A stretch of DNA of 20,000 bases from an uncultured virus (IMG/VR IMGVR_UViG_3300033072_000717) (IMGVR_UViG_3300033072_000717), one strand, 5' to 3'; positions 1 to 8,648 are shown, counted from the first letter of the stretch. The notes: generated by a model from the sequence alone, not told the origin. Program-made: numbers and translations.

Positions 1-628
1 TTTCGACGTGCCCAAGACCAACAGCACGGTGGAGGTCATTCAGCACGTCATGGGCCTGTGCAAGCGGCTGGGCATCCAGCCCGAGGATGTAGCCATGGAC
101 CAGACCGGGAATGCCGCAGGCGTGTATTCCCATGCGAAGAAGTATTGGGGCAACGTCCTTGGCGTGAACTTCGGCGAGGGCGCCAGCTCGGAGCCGGTCT
201 TGGCCGAGGATCAGCTGATGGCCTCGGACATCTACGACGGGAAGGTGACTGAACTGTGGTTCGCGATGGCACGCTGGCTGGATCCGGTGGTCTGCGCACT
301 CCTCATCAACCCCATCGTCCCGCAGCACCCGCTGTTCTCACAAGTCACGACACGCCGATACCGGAACGTCAAGGGCGGTCGGGTGCGCGTCGAGCCCAAG
401 GAGGAATACCGCGTCAGGAACTCGGCACCGTCCCCTGACGAGGCCGACCTGCTGTGTATGCTGGTCGAGTGGTGCCGCAGGCGCGGGGGCTGGACACCTG
501 GAATCAGCGAACGGGAGACCGGCGACAGTGGCGATGACTTCACCCCCGTTGCAATCGAGAACGCGGAGGACGGCGACGGGTCAATTTCCTCGGCGGAGTG
601 GACCCCCAACAGACTGGACTCGGAATGA
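1..628 (+). CDS. terL: Terminase large subunit, C-terminal RNase H-like nuclease domain (5' truncated by window)
   Basis: Motifs VAMDQTGNAAGV, VLGVNFG, YDGKVTELW and RVEPKEEYRVRNSAPSPDEAD follow the iDxtG...vnF...K...SPDxaD pattern of phage terminase nuclease domains. The frame is open to the window edge. Confidence 0.85.
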   Translation, partial: FDVPKTNSTVEVIQHVMGLCKRLGIQPEDVAMDQTGNAAGVYSHAKKYWGNVLGVNFGEGASSEPVLAEDQLMASDIYDGKVTELWFAMARWLDPVVCALLINPIVPQHPLFSQVTTRRYRNVKGGRVRVEPKEEYRVRNSAPSPDEADLLCMLVEWCRRRGGWTPGISERETGDSGDDFTPVAIENAEDGDGSISSAEWTPNRLDSE

Positions 629-1392
629 CAGGCGAGAAAAACATCATCACGCTTCCGGATGGCTACACCATCGTGGCCACGCCGAGGCTTTTCAAGTCGG
701 CTGGGGTTCGCCGACGGAACCTCCCCCACCTCAACGTCTCGGAATCGGAGCGCCAGCACCTCGGCGCCATCATGCTCAAGCACAGTCGCGCCCGCTCAAT
801 GTACACCCAGGGCCAGATGGACTACGCCTTGAACCTGCTCCGGACGATGGGGCTGAAGAAGGCCGCCGCGAGAAGCGGGGTGAACATCAACCTGATCAGG
901 CGGGAGGTCCACCGCCGGGTGATTGCCGGCAAATACCCCGTCCGGGACGTGGAGTTGTTCTGGGACGTTTACGCGAAGCACAAGTGGAAGCGCGACTTCA
1001 TCATCAAGGTGCTCCACGAAGTCGCCCAAACCGGCGACGGCCTCTTTACGGCAGGGAAGCGGGTCAGTGAGCGGGAGGGGATGCCGTGGACCAAGGCGAA
1101 CTGGGTGCTGAAGGATTATGGCTACGGTGTCATTTACCCCCCGGAGGGAGGGTGGCCCAACATCCGGATACCTCTTTCCGTGCTTCGGGCTCGCGCAGAA
1201 AAACGGCGAGCTGAAGCGGCCATTTATGCTCACAACAAACGGATGAGGGTGGAAGCTGCCCGGAAGAAGCTTTTCCACCGGCCAGAATCAGCAGACGCCT
1301 TTCTTCGTCGGCGGAGAAGGGTAAGGCGTCCGAAAGGTGCGGACATTCTGCGCACACTTTCGACCGACCCTCCGCCACATCAGGCAGGGTGA
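625..1392 (+). CDS. Hypothetical basic protein, possible HTH (GLKKAAARSGVN)
   Basis: ATGA overlap with the terminase stop at 625-628. The 3' 263 bp overlap a convergent ORF, so the true C-terminus is uncertain. Confidence 0.6.
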   Translation: MTGEKNIITLPDGYTIVATPRLFKSAGVRRRNLPHLNVSESERQHLGAIMLKHSRARSMYTQGQMDYALNLLRTMGLKKAAARSGVNINLIRREVHRRVIAGKYPVRDVELFWDVYAKHKWKRDFIIKVLHEVAQTGDGLFTAGKRVSEREGMPWTKANWVLKDYGYGVIYPPEGGWPNIRIPLSVLRARAEKRRAEAAIYAHNKRMRVEAARKKLFHRPESADAFLRRRRRVRRPKGADILRTLSTDPPPHQAG

Positions 1393-1678
1393 CCAGCTTG
1401 GGCGGGTTCTTCCATGCCCGCATGATCCACTCGTGGACCGGCTCCTTGGGCGCTTCCGGGACCTCCCCAACCTTGGACACCAGCCACGGCCATTCCGCCC
1501 GGCAGTAATCCTCTACCTCCTTGTGCGGATTCCCCGGCGGCAGGCAGTTCGTCTCACGGTAATCCCGGATCGCGACAAGCAAGCTCCGCAGGTCTTTGGC
1601 TGTCACCCGATAGCCGCTCGGGTCCGGAAAGGCATAGCCGCCAGGCGGGGTCTGGGCGTGGTCAAATATCAGTGGCAT
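1130..1678 (-). CDS. Hypothetical phage protein with Cys motifs (CAECP, VCC, GCW)
   Basis: Protein-like composition from MPLIFDHAQTPPGGY, with a CxxC motif. Divergent from the 1757 gene across a short AT-richer gap. Confidence 0.65.
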   Translation of the reverse strand: MPLIFDHAQTPPGGYAFPDPSGYRVTAKDLRSLLVAIRDYRETNCLPPGNPHKEVEDYCRAEWPWLVSKVGEVPEAPKEPVHEWIMRAWKNPPKLVTLPDVAEGRSKVCAECPHLSDALPFSADEERRLLILAGGKASSGQLPPSSVCCEHKWPLQLAVFLREPEARKEVSGCWATLPPGGK

Positions 1679-1717
1679 GGGCCGGACCATGGCGGGCCAA
1701 GGCGCCAAACGCAACCG

Positions 1718-1746
1718 TTGACTCCGATGACTGGACCGCTTTTACT
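1718..1746 (+). promoter_or_regulatory. Possible sigma70-type promoter (TTGACT-17 bp-TTTACT)
   Basis: -35/-10-like hexamers with 17-bp spacing, just upstream of ATG 1757, in a divergent intergenic gap. Confidence 0.3.
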
Positions 1747-1756
1747 GTATTCATAA

Positions 1757-2470
1757 ATGAACCCACTGGAGCCATATCGCAACATTCTTCCGGAACAGTT
1801 TTTCGGGGAGGATGTCTTGGTCGTGCGCGACCAAGTGTTTGTCGGCGAGCCCAAGGGCACCGGCTCTGACAACCACGCCCACACTCCGGAGCGGCGGGAA
1901 GGTCCAACGGTGTACGTCAACTGCGTGTTCAACGCCAACGGCGCCGCAGAGGGATTCAAAAGCTCACGCCACTGGTGGGTCGCCTGCGTGGGGTGCCGCT
2001 TTCTGGGTGCGGTGGAGGACGGGGCGGATGTCGTCCGTGGCGGTCACCTGTGGTTTATCGAGTGTCAGTTTGAGCGGGGCAGTGCGAAGCGAGATGTCAC
2101 CGTCAAGGGCGGCGCGCTTGGCGTCCATTTCCGCAACTGCACCGGGCTCAACAAGATCACGCTTGGCGACTACACGAAGTATGACCTCAAGGCCGTATAT
2201 CCCGGAGGCAAGACCAAGCGCGCCGGCCTTTTCTCATTTGCCCGCCCGCCCGTGCGCGGCGTGTTTATCTCGGACTGCGGCTCGCCCGTGATCGAAATCC
2301 TGCACGCCGAAAAGCCAGTCGTGACAGGGGGGACACCGAGGTTTAACTACCCAGCCCGCGTGCTACTTAGGGACTGGACAGACAGTTACTTCTTTGTCAG
2401 GGCTAAGTTCTTCAAGGAGAAGAATCCACCCGCCGAAGATGAGTTCAAAATCGACCCGAGGGAGTTGTGA
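1757..2470 (+). CDS. Right-handed beta-helix (pectate-lyase-like fold) protein, tentative
   Basis: Repeating short strand motifs (VYVNCVF, ACVGCRF, EDGADVVRG, WFIECQF, VTVKGG, VHFRNC, VFISDC) are typical of parallel beta-helix coils. Confidence 0.55.
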   Translation: MNPLEPYRNILPEQFFGEDVLVVRDQVFVGEPKGTGSDNHAHTPERREGPTVYVNCVFNANGAAEGFKSSRHWWVACVGCRFLGAVEDGADVVRGGHLWFIECQFERGSAKRDVTVKGGALGVHFRNCTGLNKITLGDYTKYDLKAVYPGGKTKRAGLFSFARPPVRGVFISDCGSPVIEILHAEKPVVTGGTPRFNYPARVLLRDWTDSYFFVRAKFFKEKNPPAEDEFKIDPREL

Positions 2471-2551
2471 CATGCGCCTCGTTGCATCATACCCCGGATG
2501 CTGGGTTTACAAGGACCGCCTGGGCTTCCGCTACTTCTTTGCGTTTCAGCT

Positions 2552-3325
2552 ATGAGGAGCGACGACAAAGGCGACTACGCGGTGCTCGCCGCCATCATGG
2601 TCGGGGTGATGCTCCTTTTCCTCGGCTCACTGGTTGCCGGCTGCAAGACGATGGCACCGCTTAAAGGCGGTGCGGCGGCCATTTCTGACGCCATAGCGCG
2701 GCCCTTCACGAAGGCTACCGAGACCCCGGCCGAGGCCACAAGGCCATCCAGCGGCAGCAGGAAGGCCAGTGCGGCCCTCCCTGCGGACGGAATGAGGCTT
2801 GAGCAGGGCGACAACCCCGCCACCCCGGCCTCCCAGAGCTTCGAGAACAGCCGGGAGGACACGCTGATTTTCGCAGCGCCCACGACCATCACCGAGGTTG
2901 TAAAAAGCCCATCCGGCGGGGAGATAACCCGAAAGATCGAGGTGCCGGCGGGGAGCCAGCGGGTAAGCCGGGACTTGGCCAAGGGGGGCCAGACCCTCGG
3001 GGCGGCGCAGAAAGACACGAGCCGGGAACTAGCTGCCAAGCTGGCCAGCTATTCCAAGCTCCAGTGGGTTGGGGTCGGCCTGATGGTATTCGGCGTTGCC
3101 GGCCTTTTCTACGCGCCATTGAGAATCATTCTCGGCGGCGGCAAGCAGTTCCCGGTGGGCATCGGAGCACTCGGGGCGCTCCTCACCGTGGCGCCCATGC
3201 TGATCGCCGGCAATGAGGGCGTCATCCTCGGCGGGGCCGTGCTGCTGGCCGGCATCGGGTGGGGCGTGGTCAGGCTCACGCGCAAGGAAACCGAGGCGGA
3301 TGTGGTGAAGGGGAGGGCGCAATGA
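2552..3325 (+). CDS. Membrane protein / possible lipoprotein (lysis-module candidate)
   Basis: N-terminal hydrophobic segment ends in LVAGC (lipobox-like), and there are three C-terminal hydrophobic segments. Alternative start at 2498. Confidence 0.7.
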   Translation: MRSDDKGDYAVLAAIMVGVMLLFLGSLVAGCKTMAPLKGGAAAISDAIARPFTKATETPAEATRPSSGSRKASAALPADGMRLEQGDNPATPASQSFENSREDTLIFAAPTTITEVVKSPSGGEITRKIEVPAGSQRVSRDLAKGGQTLGAAQKDTSRELAAKLASYSKLQWVGVGLMVFGVAGLFYAPLRIILGGGKQFPVGIGALGALLTVAPMLIAGNEGVILGGAVLLAGIGWGVVRLTRKETEADVVKGRAQ

Positions 3326-3534
3326 TCACCATCGAGAAAGCCATCCTCAATGCGATGCGGTGCGTGTGCTGCAACTCCTCGCCGCACGACTGGATTCCCG
3401 ACCACGACCTCAAGGGCTTTGTCTGCCACGACTGCAATCACCACCTGAACAGCGCAGTCTATCACCTTTACAGGAGCGCCGGGATCGCGGGGTGCATCTC
3501 GGCAGAAGACCGAAACGCAAAACCCAAGCACTGA
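3322..3534 (+). CDS. Small Cys/His-rich (zinc-finger-like) protein
   Basis: ATGA overlap with the upstream stop; CVCC and CHDC motifs. Confidence 0.6.
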   Translation: MITIEKAILNAMRCVCCNSSPHDWIPDHDLKGFVCHDCNHHLNSAVYHLYRSAGIAGCISAEDRNAKPKH

Positions 3535-3536
3535 CC

Positions 3537-3833
3537 ATGCCGCGCCGCACCAACCAACCACGCTACGATCCGCAGTCCATGGACTCTCAGTTCGCGACAC
3601 TACTGTCCGAACTCAAGGCCACGCGAGAGGCGCTGGACGGCAAACTGACGACGCACGGGAATCGCCTGACGGAAATCCACGTCGAGGTGAAGAAGACCAA
3701 TGGCCGGGTCACCAGCCTGGAGTCATGGCGCACGTCATCCCGGGGGTGGGTCCTCGGTGTGTCGGCGGCGGTCGGCACCATCGCCAGCCTCGGCGCCGCC
3801 ATCCTCAAGGCAGTCGTCACCAAGGGGGAATAA
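3537..3833 (+). CDS. Small coiled-coil protein with C-terminal TM helix (holin/XhlA-like architecture)
   Basis: LTEIHVEVKKTNGRVTSLESW is followed by hydrophobic GWVLGVSAAVGTIASLGAAIL. Tightly packed between its neighbours. Confidence 0.65.
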   Translation: MPRRTNQPRYDPQSMDSQFATLLSELKATREALDGKLTTHGNRLTEIHVEVKKTNGRVTSLESWRTSSRGWVLGVSAAVGTIASLGAAILKAVVTKGE

Positions 3834-3836
3834 CTT

Positions 3837-4850
3837 ATGAGCAAGACCAACTGGGCAGCCATCCAGCGCGACACTTCGGAGTCGCTTTTCAGACAGAAGA
3901 TAGCGGAGGCGGAGCAGCGCGTCAAAGCCTACGAGCAGGCGGTCCATGACGCGATCGAGCAGCGCGATGCCGCCCTCGCCATTGCCAAGGCCCGGCCCGG
4001 CATCCACACCATCAAGCCGAAGCCAAGCTCCTCGGCGGATTCGGAGGCCACCGCGGTCGCCTTGGCGGGCGACTGGCATTCCGAGGAAACCGTGGACGCC
4101 AAGAGCGTCAACGGGCTGAACGAGTTCAACCTCGACATCGCCGACCATCGCATCGACCGCTTCTTCCAGTCGGTTCTCCGGCTCACGGAGATCGAGCGCA
4201 ACGGCACGCGGGTCCCCAACCTCGTCATCTGCCTCCTGGGCGACATGATGACCGGCTACATCCACGAGGAATTGCAGGAGAACAACGGGCTCTCCCCGAC
4301 CGAGACCGTCCTCTGGCTGCGGAAGCGCATCAACGGCGGCCTCAAGCTGCTTAAGACCAAGGGGAAGTTCGATCACATCACGGTCACCGGCTCATTCGGC
4401 AACCACGGGAGGACCACCAAGAAGCCGCGCCACGCCACCGGGGCGGCGAACAGCTACGAGTGGATGATGTACCAGATGCTCAAGGACGACACGCCGGAGG
4501 TCGAGTGGGTGATCGCGGACGGCTACTTCCTGTTCGTGGAGATTTATGGGCGGTTGTTCCGCATCCACCACGGCGACAACCTGCAATACAACGGCGGCAT
4601 CGGCGGCCTGACCATCCCGGCGGAGAAAGCCATCGCCTCGTGGAACAAGTCGCGCCCCGTTTACATGGACCTGTTCGGCCATCACCACACGTCCATGCAG
4701 AACCCGCGGTGGATTTGCAACGGGTCCCTCATCGGGTATGGCCCCTACTCCATCGCCATCAAGGCCGGCTTCGAGGAGCCCTCCCAGACGTTCTTCCTCG
4801 TGGACTCCAAGCGGGGGCGCACCGGGACCTGGCCCATTTTTCTCACATGA
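3837..4850 (+). CDS. Calcineurin-like metallophosphoesterase
   Basis: All five motifs are present in order: GDWH, LGDMMTG, GNHGR, HHGD, GHHH. N-terminal coiled coil. Confidence 0.9.
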   Translation: MSKTNWAAIQRDTSESLFRQKIAEAEQRVKAYEQAVHDAIEQRDAALAIAKARPGIHTIKPKPSSSADSEATAVALAGDWHSEETVDAKSVNGLNEFNLDIADHRIDRFFQSVLRLTEIERNGTRVPNLVICLLGDMMTGYIHEELQENNGLSPTETVLWLRKRINGGLKLLKTKGKFDHITVTGSFGNHGRTTKKPRHATGAANSYEWMMYQMLKDDTPEVEWVIADGYFLFVEIYGRLFRIHHGDNLQYNGGIGGLTIPAEKAIASWNKSRPVYMDLFGHHHTSMQNPRWICNGSLIGYGPYSIAIKAGFEEPSQTFFLVDSKRGRTGTWPIFLT

Positions 4851-5254
4851 AGACAAACTGGAACAAGATCGTGGAAGACGCACAGGCCAAGCGCCATGTG
4901 CTGCCGGAAGGATGGAGCGACCGCGAATCGGTCGCTGAACAAATCGGATGCGCGCCCGACAACGTGCGCAAGATGCTGAACTCGGCGATCTCCTTGGGGA
5001 TTGTCGAGTGCAAGGTGCTCGGGGTCTGGGACTCGAACCTCAAGCGCGTCCGCCAGGTCATGTGCTATCGCGAGATCAACGCCGCGTCGCCTGAGCCGAC
5101 TCCCGCCAAGGAAGGTGGCCAGCCGTGGACCGCGGACATGGTTGCCCGAGGGAAGGCGCTCCGCGCCAGCGGGAAATCGTGGTCCCAAATCGCGGCCGTC
5201 CTCGGCAAGACCCGTGCCTCAGTCAAGCACAAGATCATGCGCGCCAAGGCGTAG
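4847..5254 (+). CDS. DNA-binding protein with two HTH-like regions; C-terminal one GcrA-like
   Basis: ATGA overlap. RESVAEQIGCAPDNVRKML and WTADMVARGKALRASGKSWSQIAAVLGKTRASVKHK resemble HTH motifs. Confidence 0.7.
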   Translation: MKTNWNKIVEDAQAKRHVLPEGWSDRESVAEQIGCAPDNVRKMLNSAISLGIVECKVLGVWDSNLKRVRQVMCYREINAASPEPTPAKEGGQPWTADMVARGKALRASGKSWSQIAAVLGKTRASVKHKIMRAKA

Positions 5255-5297
5255 CAGGCCAATCCCGCCACACCACCCCGCCTTCTACCCGGCGGTC

Positions 5298-5335
5298 GCC
5301 GCCAGTGGCTTCGGCAAAAGCAGGCTGCTGGCGGC
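5298..5335. terminator. Hairpin between convergent genes, possible bidirectional terminator
   Basis: GCCGCCAGTGGCTT / AGGCTGCTGGCGGC form a 14-bp stem with G-U pairs, between the stops at 5254 and 5347. No long U tract. Confidence 0.4.
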
Positions 5336-5346
5336 AGCCAAGGCGG

Positions 5347-7041
5347 TCAGCGTGCCCAATCGAAGAAGCGCTTCCCGATGATGGCAGCGGCCTGACGCTT
5401 GTTCATCTTGACCGCCGCGGGATCGGGAATGCCGAGCTGCTTGAGAAAGTTCATTTGCCGGACGCTGGCCAAGCCAAGCCGTTCGCGGTCGCGGATGCGG
5501 GCGATGACCTTCTGTGCCAGCCCGGTCGTCTTGATCGCACTGGTGTCGATGCCGGCCTGAAGGATAAAGTCCAGCTCGGCGCGGGCCGGGGGGCGGGCAT
5601 CCGCCGTGGTTTCCGGGACATAGGACGCCAGGACCTCATCCCCGACCGAGACTGCCCATGCCAGGGGGTCAATCGTCCTCGGCTGCTTCTTACTGTGCTT
5701 CCGCGCCTCCTTCTCCAAGGTCTTGATCAGGTCCCGCTCGGCGTCCCTGGTCGCATCCTTCACGGCATCGAGCATGGACTTGGTGGACTTCTTCATCTTC
5801 TCCTTGATCTCCGCCGTATCAGCGACCGCATCAAGCGCGTCGCACAGGTCAATGCGCTCGTGAATCCAGAGCGGGTCCAAGATCAGCAGGTTGGGCTTTT
5901 TGCTGGCGGCGATTGCGGCGCGCCTTTCCTCGGCGGTCATTGACTGGTTTACCACCCCGGGGAGCACGCGGGTCCCGCGCCCGACCAGCTGCCGGTAGAA
6001 CCCCTTCGACTTGGTGGCCCGGGCGACCAGTACGCAATCGGTGTCAGGGAAGTCAGCACCCTCGGTGTAGAGCGCCGCATTCACCAGCACAGTGCCGGGT
6101 CCGGCGTCCACATAACGCTGGGTCTTCTCGTCCACATCCAGGCACTCGCCCGAGACGAAGATTCCGGTCATGCCCTTGGCTGTGATCGCATCGGCCAGCA
6201 GTTTGGCGCAGTGGATTGACGGCGTGAACGCGATGGTCTTTCGGTCCTTGGCCAACGCGGCCACCTGCTCGGCGAGGGCGCCGATGACGGGCTCCAGCTT
6301 GCGCGAAAGGTCGCCAGCCCGGAAGTCCGAGCCGTTCGGCGTGCGCCCGGGGCGAAGGTCGCGAATGTCAATCCTGAGCGGCATCGACTTGGTGGTCGGT
6401 GGCACCAGCCAGCCGTCCTCCACGGCGGAGATCAGGGAATACGGGGGTTCGACAAAGTAATCGAAGAACTCGGCCAGCTCCTCAATTGGGGTGGCCGTGA
6501 TACCGAGGACCCGCGCCTTGTGCTGGTAGGTGCCACGCGGGGGCGCGACCCAGCCCTCGGCCAGTGACTCGGCCCCGATGTGGAAGTAGTTCAGGACCCG
6601 CAGCCATGTTTCCGCGACAACGTGGTGACTTTCGTCGGCCACGATCAGGTCAAAGTGATCGTCGGCAAATGCGGAAAGTCGATTGACGCGGGCCAAAGTC
6701 TGCACGCTGGCCACCACGACCATGGCCTGCGGGCTTGCGCTCTCGCCCGCCATCTCGATCGCCGCCTCGACGCCGGTTTCGGCGGTGATGCGATGGGCGG
6801 ACTGCCTGACCAGCTTGTCGCGGTTCGCGAGGAACAGGCAGCGCCGCCCAGCGGCGACCTCGCGCCGGAAAATCTCGGCGGCAACGGTCGTCTTCCCTGT
6901 TCCGGTCGCCATCTCCAGCAGGATGCGCGGAAACCTCGGCCAATGCCGATAGATGGTGTCTATCCTGGTCAGCTGGTAGTCGCGCGGCGCAAACCCCGAG
7001 GCCGCAGGGGCGTCGTCGTCAAAGCACAAGCCTTCTGGCAT
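5347..7041 (-). CDS. Superfamily 2 DExH helicase (Irc3/YejH-like phage helicase)
   Basis: Q motif RDYQ, Walker A ATGTGKT, DESHH, GITATP, LYTEGADFP and QLVGRGTR. Confidence 0.93.
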   Translation of the reverse strand: MPEGLCFDDDAPAASGFAPRDYQLTRIDTIYRHWPRFPRILLEMATGTGKTTVAAEIFRREVAAGRRCLFLANRDKLVRQSAHRITAETGVEAAIEMAGESASPQAMVVVASVQTLARVNRLSAFADDHFDLIVADESHHVVAETWLRVLNYFHIGAESLAEGWVAPPRGTYQHKARVLGITATPIEELAEFFDYFVEPPYSLISAVEDGWLVPPTTKSMPLRIDIRDLRPGRTPNGSDFRAGDLSRKLEPVIGALAEQVAALAKDRKTIAFTPSIHCAKLLADAITAKGMTGIFVSGECLDVDEKTQRYVDAGPGTVLVNAALYTEGADFPDTDCVLVARATKSKGFYRQLVGRGTRVLPGVVNQSMTAEERRAAIAASKKPNLLILDPLWIHERIDLCDALDAVADTAEIKEKMKKSTKSMLDAVKDATRDAERDLIKTLEKEARKHSKKQPRTIDPLAWAVSVGDEVLASYVPETTADARPPARAELDFILQAGIDTSAIKTTGLAQKVIARIRDRERLGLASVRQMNFLKQLGIPDPAAVKMNKRQAAAIIGKRFFDWAR

Positions 7042-7077
7042 CGGGGTTGATTCTTGCTAAAGGGGTGGAGGGGAGGC

Positions 7078-7127
7078 GTTAGCGGGGGTTGATATGCGAA
7101 CCGCCGGTTTGATATTCAGTGTTAGGC
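7078..7127 (+). repeat. Array head element copy 1 (attI-like candidate) ending in core GTTAGGC
   Basis: 42/46 nt identical to 8599-8644, diverging right after GTT. Internal repeat GGTTGATAT/GTTTGATAT; no left AAC core. Confidence 0.6.
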
Positions 7128-7324
7128 CGAGAGAGGTCCAAGAACGCCGTGCATCGCGTGCCGTGAAGTTCGTTGGTCCACTTGTCGAAAAGCGGGCAGT
7201 AGCCGACATGCATCCGGGGCTGGCAGGGCTCCCAGTGGTGGCATGCGCGGCAGTGTCCCGCCGAACCCTCGCCTGTGCCAACGCTTTTGCTCTGTCCTTT
7301 TTCGGTTATGATTTCTCCGCTCAT
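7079..7324 (-). CDS. Cys-rich hypothetical cassette protein
   Basis: CRACHHW...YCPLFDKW...C pattern. The start lies in attC 7260-7378 with an ATGA overlap; the C-terminus runs into the head element. Confidence 0.7.
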   Translation of the reverse strand: MSGEIITEKGQSKSVGTGEGSAGHCRACHHWEPCQPRMHVGYCPLFDKWTNELHGTRCTAFLDLSRPNTEYQTGGSHINPR

Positions 7325-7378
7325 GGTTTCGGGGTGGTTGAAGGGTTGGGCCCGCCGTCGCTAAGCTTTTCGTTCGGA
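7260..7378 (+). repeat. attC-like site (arms pair poorly)
   Basis: GCCGAAC at 7260 and GCTAAGC-5 nt-GTTCGGA at 7372. Cores and spacing fit but the inner arms are mismatched. Confidence 0.55.
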
Positions 7379-7617
7379 AAGACGGCGGCGCGGAAGTTTG
7401 CGGGAGAGTCGGTATGATAGCGGAGGTCGTCGATGATGTCGCCAGCGGTGGTCAGGCATCCCTCGCGCGCGGTCTGCATGGCCAGCCATTCGCGGCACGC
7501 CTCAAGCGTGGATTCAATTTCCGAACCCGGCGCCAGAGCCAACGCCCGTTGCTGGGCCGGTTGGTCGGGGATGGCTCCAACGCTCGGGGCCGGTGAGTTG
7601 TTCGGGGCGTGGCTCAT
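7321..7617 (-). CDS. Hypothetical cassette protein
   Basis: 98-aa ORF whose start and stop both lie inside the flanking attC-like sites. Confidence 0.65.
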   Translation of the reverse strand: MSHAPNNSPAPSVGAIPDQPAQQRALALAPGSEIESTLEACREWLAMQTAREGCLTTAGDIIDDLRYHTDSPANFRAAVFPNEKLSDGGPNPSTTPKP

Positions 7618-7631
7618 CTTATTTGTTCGGC
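7520..7631 (+). repeat. attC-like site
   Basis: TCCGAAC...GAGCCA(A)CGC pairs with GCGTGGCTC...GTTCGGC. Confidence 0.7.
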
Positions 7632-7954
7632 CGACTGACCGTGATGGCGAATCGACCGATTTGGAGAATCACACGCGGGAGGTTTCTCGCGGCTTTAAGA
7701 TGGCTCTCGTTTGCGATGTCGCAGGCGAACACCCGCACTTCATGCGGCAGCGCGAGGTTGTCGGTGTGGTTCTGGAGTCTGTCCTTGCGCCCAGCCGCCC
7801 ACGCATCGCCAAGAAGTTTGTGGGCGTCGTTGAGCGCGGCTTGCTGCGTGCCTTTGGAGTAGCACAGCCAGAACCAAGAAGGCCCGGCCATGCGCCAGAG
7901 CCAGCGCCGGAGAGCGCCAGTGAGAATGCGGAGTCGTGGGGCGGCGTGGCTCAT
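7619..7954 (-). CDS. Hypothetical cassette protein
   Basis: Starts MSHA from the attC right arm, like the 7617 gene, and ends RPNK* in the next site. Confidence 0.5.
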   Translation of the reverse strand: MSHAAPRLRILTGALRRWLWRMAGPSWFWLCYSKGTQQAALNDAHKLLGDAWAAGRKDRLQNHTDNLALPHEVRVFACDIANESHLKAARNLPRVILQIGRFAITVSRPNK

Positions 7955-7969
7955 TTCGGAATGTTAGAC
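7882..7969 (+). repeat. attC-like site with mutated left core
   Basis: CGCCAGAGCCAGCGCC (7893-7908) pairs with GGCGTGGCTC, and GTTAGAC is at 7963. The left core reads GCCCGGC instead of ..AAC. Confidence 0.6.
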
Positions 7970-8014
7970 AAGGCAGACCATTTTCCCGGCGTCAGGAAAT
8001 TGGTTCTCCTTTGC

Positions 8015-8572
8015 CTAGCGCGGCTTCCCCCCTTCGCTGCGCCTGATAATGTCGTCCAAAACGGCCCGCACCGTCCTGATTTCCTGCGCGGTCATCTCCC
8101 CGCAGCGGAGCCGCATCGCGTCGTCGCTGAGGCCGCGCCACTCCCGCACGGCCACAGAACAGCAACCTTGTTCGAGCGAGGCGATTTCGCTCGGGGTCGG
8201 ATGCCCACGATAGCGGGCAATGTCATCGGCCATTTTTTGCGCCTCGGGCGAATGATGATTGTCGGCCCTAAAGATTCCATCGTGGGGCGGACCGGCTTCT
8301 TCCGCCTTGGGCTGCGCGATGATGCCCCGCAAGCGGGCGATCTCCGCAAGCGCGCATTGGGCAATCTCGATGGTGTGCGGGTGGAATCCGCCCTTGGATT
8401 CCGCGATGTAGGTAAGGCCGTCCGTGCCGTCGTTGAACCGGAAAAGCAGGGAGTGGGGTTCCGCCGGCTGGTCATCCCCATCCCTCCACAAGTCCAGGCC
8501 AAAAGCGGCGGCTTCGGCCTGGAGGCGGTCGGCGGCGGCGGACCACGAGGTGGGTTTTTCGGGTGGGTTCAT
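8015..8572 (-). CDS. Hypothetical phage protein
   Basis: 185-aa ORF co-oriented with the operon; C-terminal DAMRLRCGEMTAQEIRTVRAVL. No intact attC of its own is seen. Confidence 0.65.
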   Translation of the reverse strand: MNPPEKPTSWSAAADRLQAEAAAFGLDLWRDGDDQPAEPHSLLFRFNDGTDGLTYIAESKGGFHPHTIEIAQCALAEIARLRGIIAQPKAEEAGPPHDGIFRADNHHSPEAQKMADDIARYRGHPTPSEIASLEQGCCSVAVREWRGLSDDAMRLRCGEMTAQEIRTVRAVLDDIIRRSEGGKPR

Positions 8573-8598
8573 TTTTGGTAAGCTGGTGTTGGTTGGGG

Positions 8599-8648
8599 GT
8601 TAGCGGGGGTTGATATGCGAACCGGGAGTTTGATATTCACTGTTCAGC
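8599..8648 (+). repeat. Array head element copy 2 (attI-like candidate) ending in core GTTCAGC
   Basis: Near-identical to 7078-7127. Confidence 0.6.

Noticed and set aside
5125..5943. 272-aa + strand ORF
   Set aside because: It lies antisense to the helicase and has no recognisable motifs.
7433..8581. 382-aa + strand ORF as a possible integrase or cassette gene
   Set aside because: No tyrosine recombinase R-H-R-Y motifs are recognisable. It is the antisense shadow of GC-rich minus-strand genes.
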